The position numbers and the translations under genes are program-made. A DNA stretch of 64,000 nt, from positions 1,024,001 through 1,088,000 of the forward strand of contig OY782041.1 of NCBI GenBank assembly GCA_963677595.1, in the 5' to 3' direction. The notes under the pieces were generated by a model. That model did no database searches and was not told the origin of the DNA. It saw only the letters and a program-made list of their open reading frames with translations. How positions within the stretch are numbered: the first letter of the stretch is position 1; each line of letters begins with the position of its first letter. This stretch comes from Spirochaetia bacterium. Its GTDB lineage: Bacteria; Spirochaetota; Spirochaetia; CAKZLE01. This document shows, piece after piece, positions 49,492-58,330 of this stretch.

Positions 49492-50709
49492 ATGACAATC
49501 GACACAGGGACCACTGCGTGGATGCTCACGTCCACTGCACTGGTCCTGCTCATGGTTCCAGGCCTTGCCATGTTCTATGGCGGACTGGTCCGGACAAAGA
49601 ACGTACTGGGCACGATGATGCACAGTTTCACGGCCATGGCCGTGATCGGGGTCCTCTGGGCCGTCGCAGGATACGCACTGACCTTCGGCAGGTCGATCGG
49701 GGGAGTCATCGGATGGGACCCCTCATACCTGCTGCTGAACGGGCCGTTCAACAACATGATAGACAACGGGAACGGGGAATACATCCCCGAGATCGTGTTC
49801 GTCATGTTCCAGGGGAAGTTCGCCATCATCACGCCGGCGCTCATCTCGGGTGCCCTTGCCGAACGGGTCAAGTTCCGCAGCTACACGATATTCATCACTC
49901 TCTGGACCCTGTTCGTCTACTTCCCGCTCGCACACTGGATCTGGGGAGGGGGCTTCCTCACCGGTGAGGCAATCGACTTCGCCGGGGGAACGGTCATCCA
50001 CATCTCAGCGGGAGTCGCAGGACTCGTGACTGCCATCTTCCTCGGCAGCAGGATCGGCTATCCGAAGAATATGATGCGGCCGAACAACCTCGTCTTCACC
50101 ATGATCGGGGCTGGCCTCCTCTGGGTTGGCTGGTTCGGCTTCAACGCGGGATCGAGCATCGCGAGCAACGCGACGACCGGGCAGGCCCTGGCCGTGACCC
50201 AGATCTCTGCCGCCTCAGGGGCACTCTCCTGGATGCTCATCGAGGCAATCATCCACAAGAAGGTGACCAGTCTCGGGCTGGCTTCAGGGATCCTAGCAGG
50301 CCTCGTCGCAATCACCCCTGCGGCAGGGGCTGTCGCCCCCTGGGGAGCCATGGTCCTGGGCATCGTCGCATCGGTCATCTGCTACTTCGCCCTGCGGGTC
50401 AAGGAGAGGCTCGGGTATGACGACTCGCTGGATGTCTTTGGCATCCACGGCATGGCAGGGATCTTCGGCGCGATCTGCCTCACCTTCGTCATGAAGCCCG
50501 GGGCGACCGAGTTCACGCTGCTGCAGCAGCTGAAGTACCAGGTCTCCGGGGTCGTGATCGCCATCGTCTACACGACCGTGGTGACCCTGCTGATCGTCCT
50601 GCTCATCAATAAGGTCTGGGGCTTCAGGCTCAACCCTGCAGCGGAGAAAGCCGGGATCGACCACCATGAACACGGCGAGCACGGCTACGGGTTCGTGAAC
50701 CTCGATTAG
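49492..50709 (+). CDS. amtB: Ammonium transporter
   Basis: DFAGGTVIH, WFGFNAGS, DDSLDVFGIHG. Confidence 0.97.
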   Translation: MTIDTGTTAWMLTSTALVLLMVPGLAMFYGGLVRTKNVLGTMMHSFTAMAVIGVLWAVAGYALTFGRSIGGVIGWDPSYLLLNGPFNNMIDNGNGEYIPEIVFVMFQGKFAIITPALISGALAERVKFRSYTIFITLWTLFVYFPLAHWIWGGGFLTGEAIDFAGGTVIHISAGVAGLVTAIFLGSRIGYPKNMMRPNNLVFTMIGAGLLWVGWFGFNAGSSIASNATTGQALAVTQISAASGALSWMLIEAIIHKKVTSLGLASGILAGLVAITPAAGAVAPWGAMVLGIVASVICYFALRVKERLGYDDSLDVFGIHGMAGIFGAICLTFVMKPGATEFTLLQQLKYQVSGVVIAIVYTTVVTLLIVLLINKVWGFRLNPAAEKAGIDHHEHGEHGYGFVNLD

Positions 50710-50724
50710 GAAGGAGACCATCAC

Positions 50725-51066
50725 ATGAAACTGATCACAGCAATCATCCAGCCCGACAAGCTCGATGAAGTGCGGGAAGCGCTCATCGAAGCGGAGATCG
50801 AGCGGATCACCGTGAGCCGGGTGACCGGTCACGGCAAGCAGGAAGATATAGACCTCTACCGTGGACGGAAGATCATCCCGAACCTGATCCCCAAGATCGA
50901 GATCAAGATCGCCTGCAACGACGAGTTCGTCCAGGTCACCATCGACGCCATCATGAAGTCAGCACGCCATAATGACGGGGCCGTCGGGGACGGAAAGATC
51001 TTCGTCACCCCCCTCGAGGAGTGCTACCGTATCAGGACCGGCGAATCGGGCGGTGAGGCGATCTGA
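50725..51066 (+). CDS. glnK: PII nitrogen regulatory protein
   Basis: AIIQP, YRG T-loop, GDGKIFV, RIRTGE; adjacent to amtB. Confidence 0.93.
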   Translation: MKLITAIIQPDKLDEVREALIEAEIERITVSRVTGHGKQEDIDLYRGRKIIPNLIPKIEIKIACNDEFVQVTIDAIMKSARHNDGAVGDGKIFVTPLEECYRIRTGESGGEAI

Positions 51067-51074
51067 CAGGCCCA

Positions 51075-51710
51075 TCAGTAGCCCAGGCTCTCCCCGACCA
51101 GGATGACATGTATCCTGTCAGGCATCCGGGAGTGCCTGGTCACTGTGGTATGACAGCAGATGCAGTCAGCACTGTGGCAGTCCCCGCAGAAGCCGGTGAC
51201 CGAGCAGGGGGTCTTGAGGTCCAGACGGTTAGTGTTTGCTGGAGAGGCAATGTTCTTCACCCTGCTGACTGCCTCTGTCTCGTTGACCACCACCTTGTTC
51301 ATCCCGGCGAAGACGATGACCCGCTCCGGCCCGAAGATCATAGCCGCTACACGGTTGCCGTTCCCGTCGATATTCACAAGCTTCCCATCCATGGTGATCG
51401 CGTTGGTACTCGTGAGGTAGACATCGGCTGAGAAGGCCTGGCGGTACATCGCCATCTTCTGCGCACCGTCCTTCGCCGTACTGCGGTCGATGACCGTGAC
51501 ATCCCGGGTAGAGAGACTCTCCTTGATCCCCACCTCATCGAGGGTCACAGACCCTCCCCAGGTGATCACCGACCCGTCGGCGATGAGGGTATGGGCCAGC
51601 TTCACAGCCTCCTCACGATCTTTGACATAGTAGCCGTTTATCTTCCCCTTCCCCAGCGCCTTGATGATGGCGGCTGCCTTATGCTCATATGACTGCTGCA
51701 ATGGTGTCAT
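51075..51710 (-). CDS. LUD-domain (lactate utilization) protein
   Basis: GGSVTL, NAITMDG.LVNIDGNGNRV, PC...G.C.DC.S.DCIC. Confidence 0.88.
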   Translation of the reverse strand: MTPLQQSYEHKAAAIIKALGKGKINGYYVKDREEAVKLAHTLIADGSVITWGGSVTLDEVGIKESLSTRDVTVIDRSTAKDGAQKMAMYRQAFSADVYLTSTNAITMDGKLVNIDGNGNRVAAMIFGPERVIVFAGMNKVVVNETEAVSRVKNIASPANTNRLDLKTPCSVTGFCGDCHSADCICCHTTVTRHSRMPDRIHVILVGESLGY

Positions 51711-51930
51711 GGTCTCCCTCCTGATAATCTACAGTATGTACTTCCTATCATACAGGATTATGCATTATGAGGCTATCACCTGTGATCAGGTCCGATCCCT
51801 CGAATCTTGCAGTATCCCCTATACTGCATCACAAGCACCATATACCTATATCCTGTGAAAGCAGCTAGTTTTGAATCAAATTGACCTGAATCCTGTTTGT
51901 AGTAGATATACAAACCTAGGAGGAACCCGC

Positions 51931-53022
51931 ATGTTTAAAGAGATAAAGTACGGGAACAGCACCTTACTGCCGCTTACCAGCGACATCGTCTTCAAGGCGA
52001 TCTTCACCAAGGAGGAGAACAAGGACCTGCTGCTCTCCCTGCTTAACGCCTACCTCGACATCTCCCCGAAGAGCCCGGAGGACATCACGATCATGAACAC
52101 GGAAATAGAGCGGGATTACCCCGATGACAAGCTCTTCCGCCTTGATTTGCGGGTCAAGACCGCAGGCAACGAACACATCGATGTCGAGATCCAGGTCCGC
52201 AATGAGTTTGACATCATTCCCCGCAGCCTGCATTACCTTGCCCGCCTCTACTCAAGCCAGATCAAGAGGGGAGATCGATATGCTGAGGCAATTCCGAGAC
52301 ACGGAATTGCCTTTTGAAGTTTTTGCATCGTTGATCAAAAACTTCTGATTCAGGTTAGGAATTTCAGGATGAAATTCCCAAGCCGAAAGCGGCCTGCCGA
52401 TTTCGGCAAAGCCATAACTCTCAACTTTCTGTGCTATAATCTGATAGAGACGGAAGAAGAGAAGAACGAAGAGAACTACGAAGAGAAGCCGGATACGACC
52501 AGGTCCTATATACGGCACATCACCTTCCATGACCGGGAGACGAAAGAAGAGTTCACGGACCTCATGGAGATGGTCTTCGTGGAACTTAAGCGTATGGACC
52601 ATGATGATCCCGAAAGCCTGAGGGATCAGTGGACGAGGTTCTTCAGGGCTGAAGACTTGGAAGGGTTGGAAGAACTCTCCCATCAGAACAGGATCTTCGA
52701 GGAGGCGATGAAGCAGATGGTACATGTAAGTGCGGATGAAGAGCTCCGGTATGCATATGTCCGGAAGAGTATGGCGGAACTCGATGAAGCTGCCCGTGAG
52801 GCGGCACTCGTAGAGGATACTGCTACTACATACCTGGCTAAAGGTATTGAGATTGGTGAGAAACAAGGCATAGGAATTGGTGAGAAAAAAGGCAAGGAAG
52901 AAGAGAAGGAAGCGACAGCAAAACGTATGCTGGTTAAGGGGATGTCTCTCCCTGATATCGCCGATATCACAGGTTTGAGCGAAGATGCCATCAAGGAACT
53001 CCAGGATAACCTGGCTGATTGA
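51931..53022 (+). pseudogene. Rpn family (PDDEXK_2) nuclease interrupted by a 114-nt insert
   Basis: DIVFKAIF, RLDL...DVEIQ, FVELK, GIEIGEKQG repeats. Both halves are in the same frame, separated by one TGA at 52315. Confidence 0.85.
52284..52397. mobile_element. Small multi-hairpin insertion bounded by a TGC direct repeat
   Basis: Removal restores RGDRYADFGKAI; four tandem hairpins. Confidence 0.6.
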
Positions 53023-53206
53023 TACCTGATCGCACGTGTGGCAGACTTAACAGAGGCTGAAGTCCTGAAGATCCTGGGCTTCGCCCCCCTCCATAGAACC
53101 ATGCTGCCAACATGCAGCAGGTTGGACCACGTTGACATCCTCTTATTCCCCACACCTTCAAGGATCCAAGCATATTGTACCTGATAAGAATCCTCAACTT
53201 TTAATG

Positions 53207-53256
53207 TTGACAACTACGATGAACTTTATTATACTACATATACGGTAGGGGGGTAT
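53207..53256 (+). promoter_or_regulatory. Sigma70 promoter and CsoR-type operator
   Basis: TTGACA-17-TATACT; ATACGGTAGGGGGGTAT at 53240-53256. Confidence 0.75.
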
Positions 53257-53259
53257 CCT

Positions 53260-53559
53260 ATGAACGAAGAACATTGTCATGTGAGAAAAGCTCATCATTC
53301 GGAAGAGCAGAAGCGGCAGATGACTGCCAGGATGAACCGGATAGAGGGGCAGATCAGGGGGATCACGAAGATGATCGAGAACGACATCTACTGCGACGAC
53401 ATCCTCCATCAGTTCATGAGCGTCGAGTCGGCGATCATCGGGGTGAAGACCCAGCTGCTCGAGGCGCACATGAAGAGTTGTGTCGTGGAACAGATCCAGG
53501 AAGGGGATCTCGGGGTCATCGACGAGCTGTTGAAGACCATCAAGAAGATGACGAAGTGA
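53260..53559 (+). CDS. csoR: Copper-sensing repressor
   Basis: RMNRIEGQIRGI, YCDD, HMKSC. Confidence 0.92.
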   Translation: MNEEHCHVRKAHHSEEQKRQMTARMNRIEGQIRGITKMIENDIYCDDILHQFMSVESAIIGVKTQLLEAHMKSCVVEQIQEGDLGVIDELLKTIKKMTK

Positions 53560-53566
53560 GGATAGT

Positions 53567-56017
53567 ATGGAGATAATCCAATTACAGGTACAGGGCATGA
53601 CATGCGCATCCTGTGTCGCACATGTCGAGAAAGGGATCAAGAAGAACGACGGCATCGACATGGCCTCAGTCAACCTCGCTACCGAGCGAGCCACGGTCAG
53701 TTTCGATCCTGGCCAGACCGATATAGGGAGCATCATCCGGAGCATAGAGGATGCCGGCTACTCGGCATCCGTCCCTGACGAGGTCGGGGAACATGCCGAA
53801 GCTGAGGAGCGAAAGAGACATCTGAAGAGCCTGAAGCGGCAGACGATCCTGTCTGCCGCCCTCAGCTTCCCCCTCCTAGTAGCCATGTTCGCTGGCCTGT
53901 TCAAGATCGAGGCACTGATGTTCCTCCACAACCCGCTGCTGCAGCTGCTCTTCGCCGCTCCTGTCCAGTTCTATATCGGGGCACGGTTCTACCGCGGGGC
54001 ATGGAAGTCACTGCTCTCGCTCAACCCCGGGATGGACATGCTCGTGGCACTCGGGACCTCGTCTGCCTTCTTCTACAGTATCTACAACGGGTTCATCGCG
54101 GCTGAATCGACAGGCCTCTACTTCGAGGCATCAGCCATCATCATCACTCTCGTGCTGCTCGGCAAATACTTCGAGACCAGGGCCAAGGGACGGACCTCCG
54201 AGGCCATCCAGAAGCTCATGGGGCTCCAGCCGAAAGTCGCCCTCATCGAGCGTGACGGGCAGGCTGTGGAAGTACCCATCAGCGACATCGTCCCCGGGGA
54301 CATCGTCCTCATACGGCCGGGAGACCGGGTCCCTGTTGACGGGTCTGTCCTCGAAGGGGCTACCGCGGTCGATGAGAGCATGATCACCGGTGAGAGTATG
54401 CCGGTAGAGAAGCAGCCCGGGGACCCTGTCGTGAGCGGGACTGTCAACAGCTACGGCTCGATCAGGATCACCGCAGAGCACGTCGGCAAGGACTCCGTCC
54501 TCTCGAGGATCATCTCGGTCGTCGAGGAGGCACAGGGATCCAAGGCACCGATACAGAAGCTGGCAGACCGGGTCGCAGCCGTGTTCGTACCGGTAGTCCT
54601 CGGGATCGCCGTGGTCACACTGCTCATCTGGTGGCTGGCCTTCGGTTCGGTATCCCAGGGGATCATCGCGGCAGTTGCCGTACTGGTCATCGCCTGCCCC
54701 TGTGCACTCGGGCTGGCAACACCGACCGCCATCATGGTAGGCACCGGGATAGGGGCCCAGAGGGGCATCCTCATCGGGAACGGGGAGATCCTCCAGTCCG
54801 CTGAGAAGATAACGGCCATCGTCCTTGACAAGACCGGGACGATCACCCAGGGGAAACCCCGGCTGCAGGAAGTCGTCCCACTCGACGGCAGCAGCCCCGA
54901 TACCCTCCTGCAGGTCGCCGCAAGCCTCGAACACGGGTCTGAACACCCGTTGGCACGGGCGATCGTCGATGCAGCAGAAACAGCAGGACAGTCACTGCGC
55001 AACGTCGAGGGATTCACCGCGGTGCCCGGCAGGGGTATCAGGGGGAAGATCGACGGGATCGCCTATACCGTCGGGACCGAGCGGTTCATGCAGGAGGCTG
55101 GGATCCCATCCGAGGCTTATACCCTGAAGAAGGTCGCCCTCGAGAGCTCCGGGAACACCGTCGTCGTGCTGGCAGATACAGAGAAACCCCTTGCCCTCAT
55201 CGCGATCTCTGACAGCCTCAAGGACCACTCGCGAACCGGGGTCAGCATGCTGAAGGCCCTGGGGCTCGATGTCTACATGATCACGGGGGACAACCACCGG
55301 ACCGCGGCAGCGATTGGGAAACGGGTCGGTATCGACCACATCCTCTCCGAGGTACTCCCCGAGGGGAAGGCAGACAAGGTCAAGGAGCTCCAGGAGCAGG
55401 GGAAGGTCGTCGCCATGGTCGGCGACGGAATCAACGACGCCCCCGCCCTGGCAACCGCCGACACCGGTATTGCCATGGGAGAAGGCTCTGACATAGCCAT
55501 CGAGTCCGCCGATATCACCCTCATGAGGGGTGACCTGAGGGAGATCGCCGCAGCGATCGAGCTCTCCAGGAGGACGATGAAGAAGATCCGGCAAAACCTC
55601 TTCTGGGCCTTCTTCTACAATTCGGTGGGGATCCCCTTTGCGGCACTGGGGCTGCTGAACCCGATCATCGCGGGAGCCGCGATGGCATTCAGCTCAGTCT
55701 CGGTAGTCACCAACGCGTTGAGCTTACGGAAGTTCCGGATGGAATTCCCTGTTGAGGAATATGAGAAGGAAGAGAGTAATGATGTACAGACAAATGTCAC
55801 AGGAGGAAACGACATGAAGATCACCGTTGAAGGAATGACCTGCAACCACTGCAGAATGTCAGTGGAGAAAGCAGTGAGGTCAGTAGCAGGAGTCAATGAG
55901 GCGACCGTCTCACTCGAGGAGAAGTTGGTTACCGCAGTCGTCGAGCCGGGGGCCAAGGCTGCTGTTGAACAGCAGATACGAGAAGCGATCACCGAGGCAG
56001 GATACACCCCTGTCTGA
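53567..56017 (+). CDS. copA: Cu(I) P1B-ATPase with C-terminal fused HMA domain
   Basis: GMTCASC, TGES, CPC, DKTGT, SEHPL, GDGINDAP, YN, MAFSS; C-terminal GMTCNHC. Confidence 0.96.
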   Translation: MEIIQLQVQGMTCASCVAHVEKGIKKNDGIDMASVNLATERATVSFDPGQTDIGSIIRSIEDAGYSASVPDEVGEHAEAEERKRHLKSLKRQTILSAALSFPLLVAMFAGLFKIEALMFLHNPLLQLLFAAPVQFYIGARFYRGAWKSLLSLNPGMDMLVALGTSSAFFYSIYNGFIAAESTGLYFEASAIIITLVLLGKYFETRAKGRTSEAIQKLMGLQPKVALIERDGQAVEVPISDIVPGDIVLIRPGDRVPVDGSVLEGATAVDESMITGESMPVEKQPGDPVVSGTVNSYGSIRITAEHVGKDSVLSRIISVVEEAQGSKAPIQKLADRVAAVFVPVVLGIAVVTLLIWWLAFGSVSQGIIAAVAVLVIACPCALGLATPTAIMVGTGIGAQRGILIGNGEILQSAEKITAIVLDKTGTITQGKPRLQEVVPLDGSSPDTLLQVAASLEHGSEHPLARAIVDAAETAGQSLRNVEGFTAVPGRGIRGKIDGIAYTVGTERFMQEAGIPSEAYTLKKVALESSGNTVVVLADTEKPLALIAISDSLKDHSRTGVSMLKALGLDVYMITGDNHRTAAAIGKRVGIDHILSEVLPEGKADKVKELQEQGKVVAMVGDGINDAPALATADTGIAMGEGSDIAIESADITLMRGDLREIAAAIELSRRTMKKIRQNLFWAFFYNSVGIPFAALGLLNPIIAGAAMAFSSVSVVTNALSLRKFRMEFPVEEYEKEESNDVQTNVTGGNDMKITVEGMTCNHCRMSVEKAVRSVAGVNEATVSLEEKLVTAVVEPGAKAAVEQQIREAITEAGYTPV

Positions 56018-56041
56018 AGAGGACCGCAGGAGGATTGAGTA

Positions 56042-56197
56042 ATGAGGATCTTTTCGAATATTCACAGGCGATGGCTGGCCTATCTTGAACGAATGGCCAA
56101 TGCGAACCAGAAGCAATACGGAAACCAGAGGCTCGACTGCTGCGGCTTGAACAAGGACCATGCCCATGGACATGGTGTCCAAGGACATAGGGGATGA
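56042..56197 (+). CDS. LDCC-motif small metal-binding protein with His-rich tail (51 aa)
   Basis: AGGAGG RBS; ends QYGNQRLDCCGLNKDHAHGHGVQGHRG. Not in the ORF track. Confidence 0.8.
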   Translation: MRIFSNIHRRWLAYLERMANANQKQYGNQRLDCCGLNKDHAHGHGVQGHRG

Positions 56198-56216
56198 CCC
56201 CTCTGAGAGGTGAAGG

Positions 56217-56465
56217 ATGCACATGTGGTATGGGGTGTATGGCCCCTTTGGAAATCATTGGTATGGAGGCATGATCATGATGATCGTTGGATTGGTGTTG
56301 ATAGGGATCGTCGTCTACCTGCTCCTCAGGAACAGCGGGCAGGCATCAGATGCAGGGTTTCGCCTGCATAGGGAGACTCCCCTCGAGGTGCTGAGGAGGA
56401 GATTCGCAGAAGGTGCTATCACAGAGGAGGAGTTCCTCAGGATGAAGCAGGAACTCGACCGGTAG
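56217..56465 (+). CDS. SHOCT-domain membrane protein
   Basis: TM segment then PLEVLRRRFAEGAITEEEF. Confidence 0.85.
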   Translation: MHMWYGVYGPFGNHWYGGMIMMIVGLVLIGIVVYLLLRNSGQASDAGFRLHRETPLEVLRRRFAEGAITEEEFLRMKQELDR

Positions 56466-56482
56466 GCAAGGAAGGCATATAG

Positions 56483-57115
56483 ATGAAACGGATATACAAA
56501 CCCGTACTGGCAATCCTCATCCTGCTGCTCCTGGCTGCTGCAGCAGTGACAGCTGATGAGGCACACGGCCGCGATGTCGAGACGATCGTGGGAGAGATCC
56601 TGCAGGATACTGGAGCCTCTTCCCTGTCAGCAGTCTCACCGGATGTCGTATCCCCTGCCCTGCTCGAAGAACTCGGAGACGGGGTCATGGGTCTCCTGCT
56701 GGATGACTGGCACCATGAGCGTATGGATGCCATGCTCGGCGGGGAGGGTTCAGACTCCCTCGCTGCATACCACAGGAACCTCGGCGAGCAGTATATCATC
56801 TCAGGCGGGAACCTGAACAGCAGCCGGCCATGGGGCGGCGGCTGGATGGGTCCCGGGGGAATGATGGGAGGCTTCCGTCCTTTTTCCTATGGGACCGGTC
56901 GGTTCTCTGACTGGTCCCCCGCAGGTAACACCTGGTTCTGGGGCATGCTTATCGGCATGGGGGTGATCATACTCATCCTCATTACCGCAGCTGTCATACT
57001 GCATCGAAGGAACAAGCCTGCCGACCGGGCACGTGAGATACTGAAGGCCAGGTTCGCACGCGGGGAGATTACCGACGGGCAGTTTACCGCGATGATGAAG
57101 GTGCTGAAGTCATAA
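56483..57115 (+). CDS. SHOCT-domain protein with Met/His-rich periplasmic region
   Basis: Signal peptide, HHERMDAM, GGMMGG, AREILKARFARGEI. Confidence 0.8.
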   Translation: MKRIYKPVLAILILLLLAAAAVTADEAHGRDVETIVGEILQDTGASSLSAVSPDVVSPALLEELGDGVMGLLLDDWHHERMDAMLGGEGSDSLAAYHRNLGEQYIISGGNLNSSRPWGGGWMGPGGMMGGFRPFSYGTGRFSDWSPAGNTWFWGMLIGMGVIILILITAAVILHRRNKPADRAREILKARFARGEITDGQFTAMMKVLKS

Positions 57116-57120
57116 CCAGG

Positions 57121-57996
57121 CTACGACTGCCTGCTGCCGAGGGCGACGGCCCCCAGAAGGATCAGGATCACGGCAGCAGGCACCCCGACCATCGAGAATG
57201 CAGTGGGGAAGACCCCGGAGAAGAACCAGAAATGGGAGATGATCGGGATGATCTGTATAGGTACCTGCTGGATGGGTACCAGCACGGAGACGTGGCCGAA
57301 TGCATAGGCCTTCTGGATGAGCGGTACCGCCGTGATATTGATCAGGGCGAGGTAAACCGCACTGGTGATGAGGTAGCCCCAGTGCACCTGGCCGGCAGCC
57401 TGCCCGGCCAGGATACCGACCTGGGCCGACAAAGGGGCCGCGATGATGTTGCTGATCCCGAAGAGCATACCGCCTGAGAGGCAGTAGAGGATGGCCGTCA
57501 GGAACCTGTGACGCTTCTTCTGTGACCTGCCGGCCAGGAGGAAGACAAGGGAGATCACGCTCATTCCCCCAACATACCAGAGGGTCCGGTAAAGGAAGGA
57601 GCTCTCCAGCCAGGAGATCTCCTCGGTGTTGATCGTGAGCTTCGAGAAGCTGAGGAGGAAGACCCCGAGGATGATCGCGAAGATCCCGAGATACTCCTTG
57701 AGCCCGTTTCGTTCGCCGATGAACTTCCGTGCACCGATCGGCAGGATGATCATGCCGATCGCCGAGAGGCCGGGGATCAGGGTCGGGCCGATGAGCATCT
57801 GTCCTATGAGGGTGAGCACCAGGACCAGCCCGCCGCTGGTGGCGACACTCAGCAGCCAGAGGGGGTGCCTGAGCAGCTGTCCCATCAACGGCTTCGAATG
57901 GTCTGCCTTCTTGATCACGGCTTTCTGGATGAGGGCCGACCCATTGTACAGAAGGCCGATCAGCAGGCCGCAGATTATTCCCAGTGTATAGCGCAT
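57121..57996 (-). CDS. DMT superfamily membrane protein
   Basis: About 9 TM segments; ALIQK, P.W, IGER. Confidence 0.7.
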   Translation of the reverse strand: MRYTLGIICGLLIGLLYNGSALIQKAVIKKADHSKPLMGQLLRHPLWLLSVATSGGLVLVLTLIGQMLIGPTLIPGLSAIGMIILPIGARKFIGERNGLKEYLGIFAIILGVFLLSFSKLTINTEEISWLESSFLYRTLWYVGGMSVISLVFLLAGRSQKKRHRFLTAILYCLSGGMLFGISNIIAAPLSAQVGILAGQAAGQVHWGYLITSAVYLALINITAVPLIQKAYAFGHVSVLVPIQQVPIQIIPIISHFWFFSGVFPTAFSMVGVPAAVILILLGAVALGSRQS

Positions 57997-58102
57997 AACG
58001 TTCCTCTCATACTCATTGCCTACTGTGTACCCCGAAAGCAGGCAGAGATGCAACCCCGGGCAATCGGGGGGAGGTATCAGTCATGATTGTTCTTGAGAAG
58101 CC

Positions 58103-58240
58103 TCAACCAGGGACAGATGGCTGCTCGAGCAGCCACCTGTATGCAGGGACGATATGGATGGTCCTGCCTGGCTGTGCATCCTCGATATCTCCAGCCTCAT
58201 AGGTTGTCACGATCCATGACTCCTGTACATCGGCTAAGGC
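58103..58240 (-). pseudogene. C-terminal remnant of another AAA/DUF4143 ATPase
   Basis: DVQESWIVTTYEAGDIEDAQPGRTIHIVPAYRWLL, with no start or N-terminal part. Confidence 0.55.
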
Positions 58241-58241
58241 A

Positions 58242-58269
58242 AATAGTTTACAATATTTTGTAAACTATT
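58242..58269. repeat. 28-bp palindrome AATAGTTTACAA-TATT-TTGTAAACTATT
   Basis: Perfect 12-bp arms. Confidence 0.8.
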
Positions 58270-58330
58270 CTTACTTATCTTCCAAAATCTTGGAAACTAC
58301 TGCGATCCTATGCCAGGATTGCTTGCCAGC

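Noticed and set aside
51808-51828. Palindrome TGCAGTAT-CCCCT-ATACTGCA as an Rpn element end
   Set aside because: No matching copy downstream of the gene; function cannot be assigned.
52315-52345. Selenocysteine UGA with SECIS
   Set aside because: The UGA lies inside an insert with no conserved Cys context, and no sel genes are visible in the window.
52312-52394. Hammerhead ribozyme (hairpin-CUGA-hairpin-GAAA order)
   Set aside because: The core is CUGAUUCA rather than CUGANGA, stem III does not pair well, and the cleavage base would be G. Not called, although the topology is suggestive.
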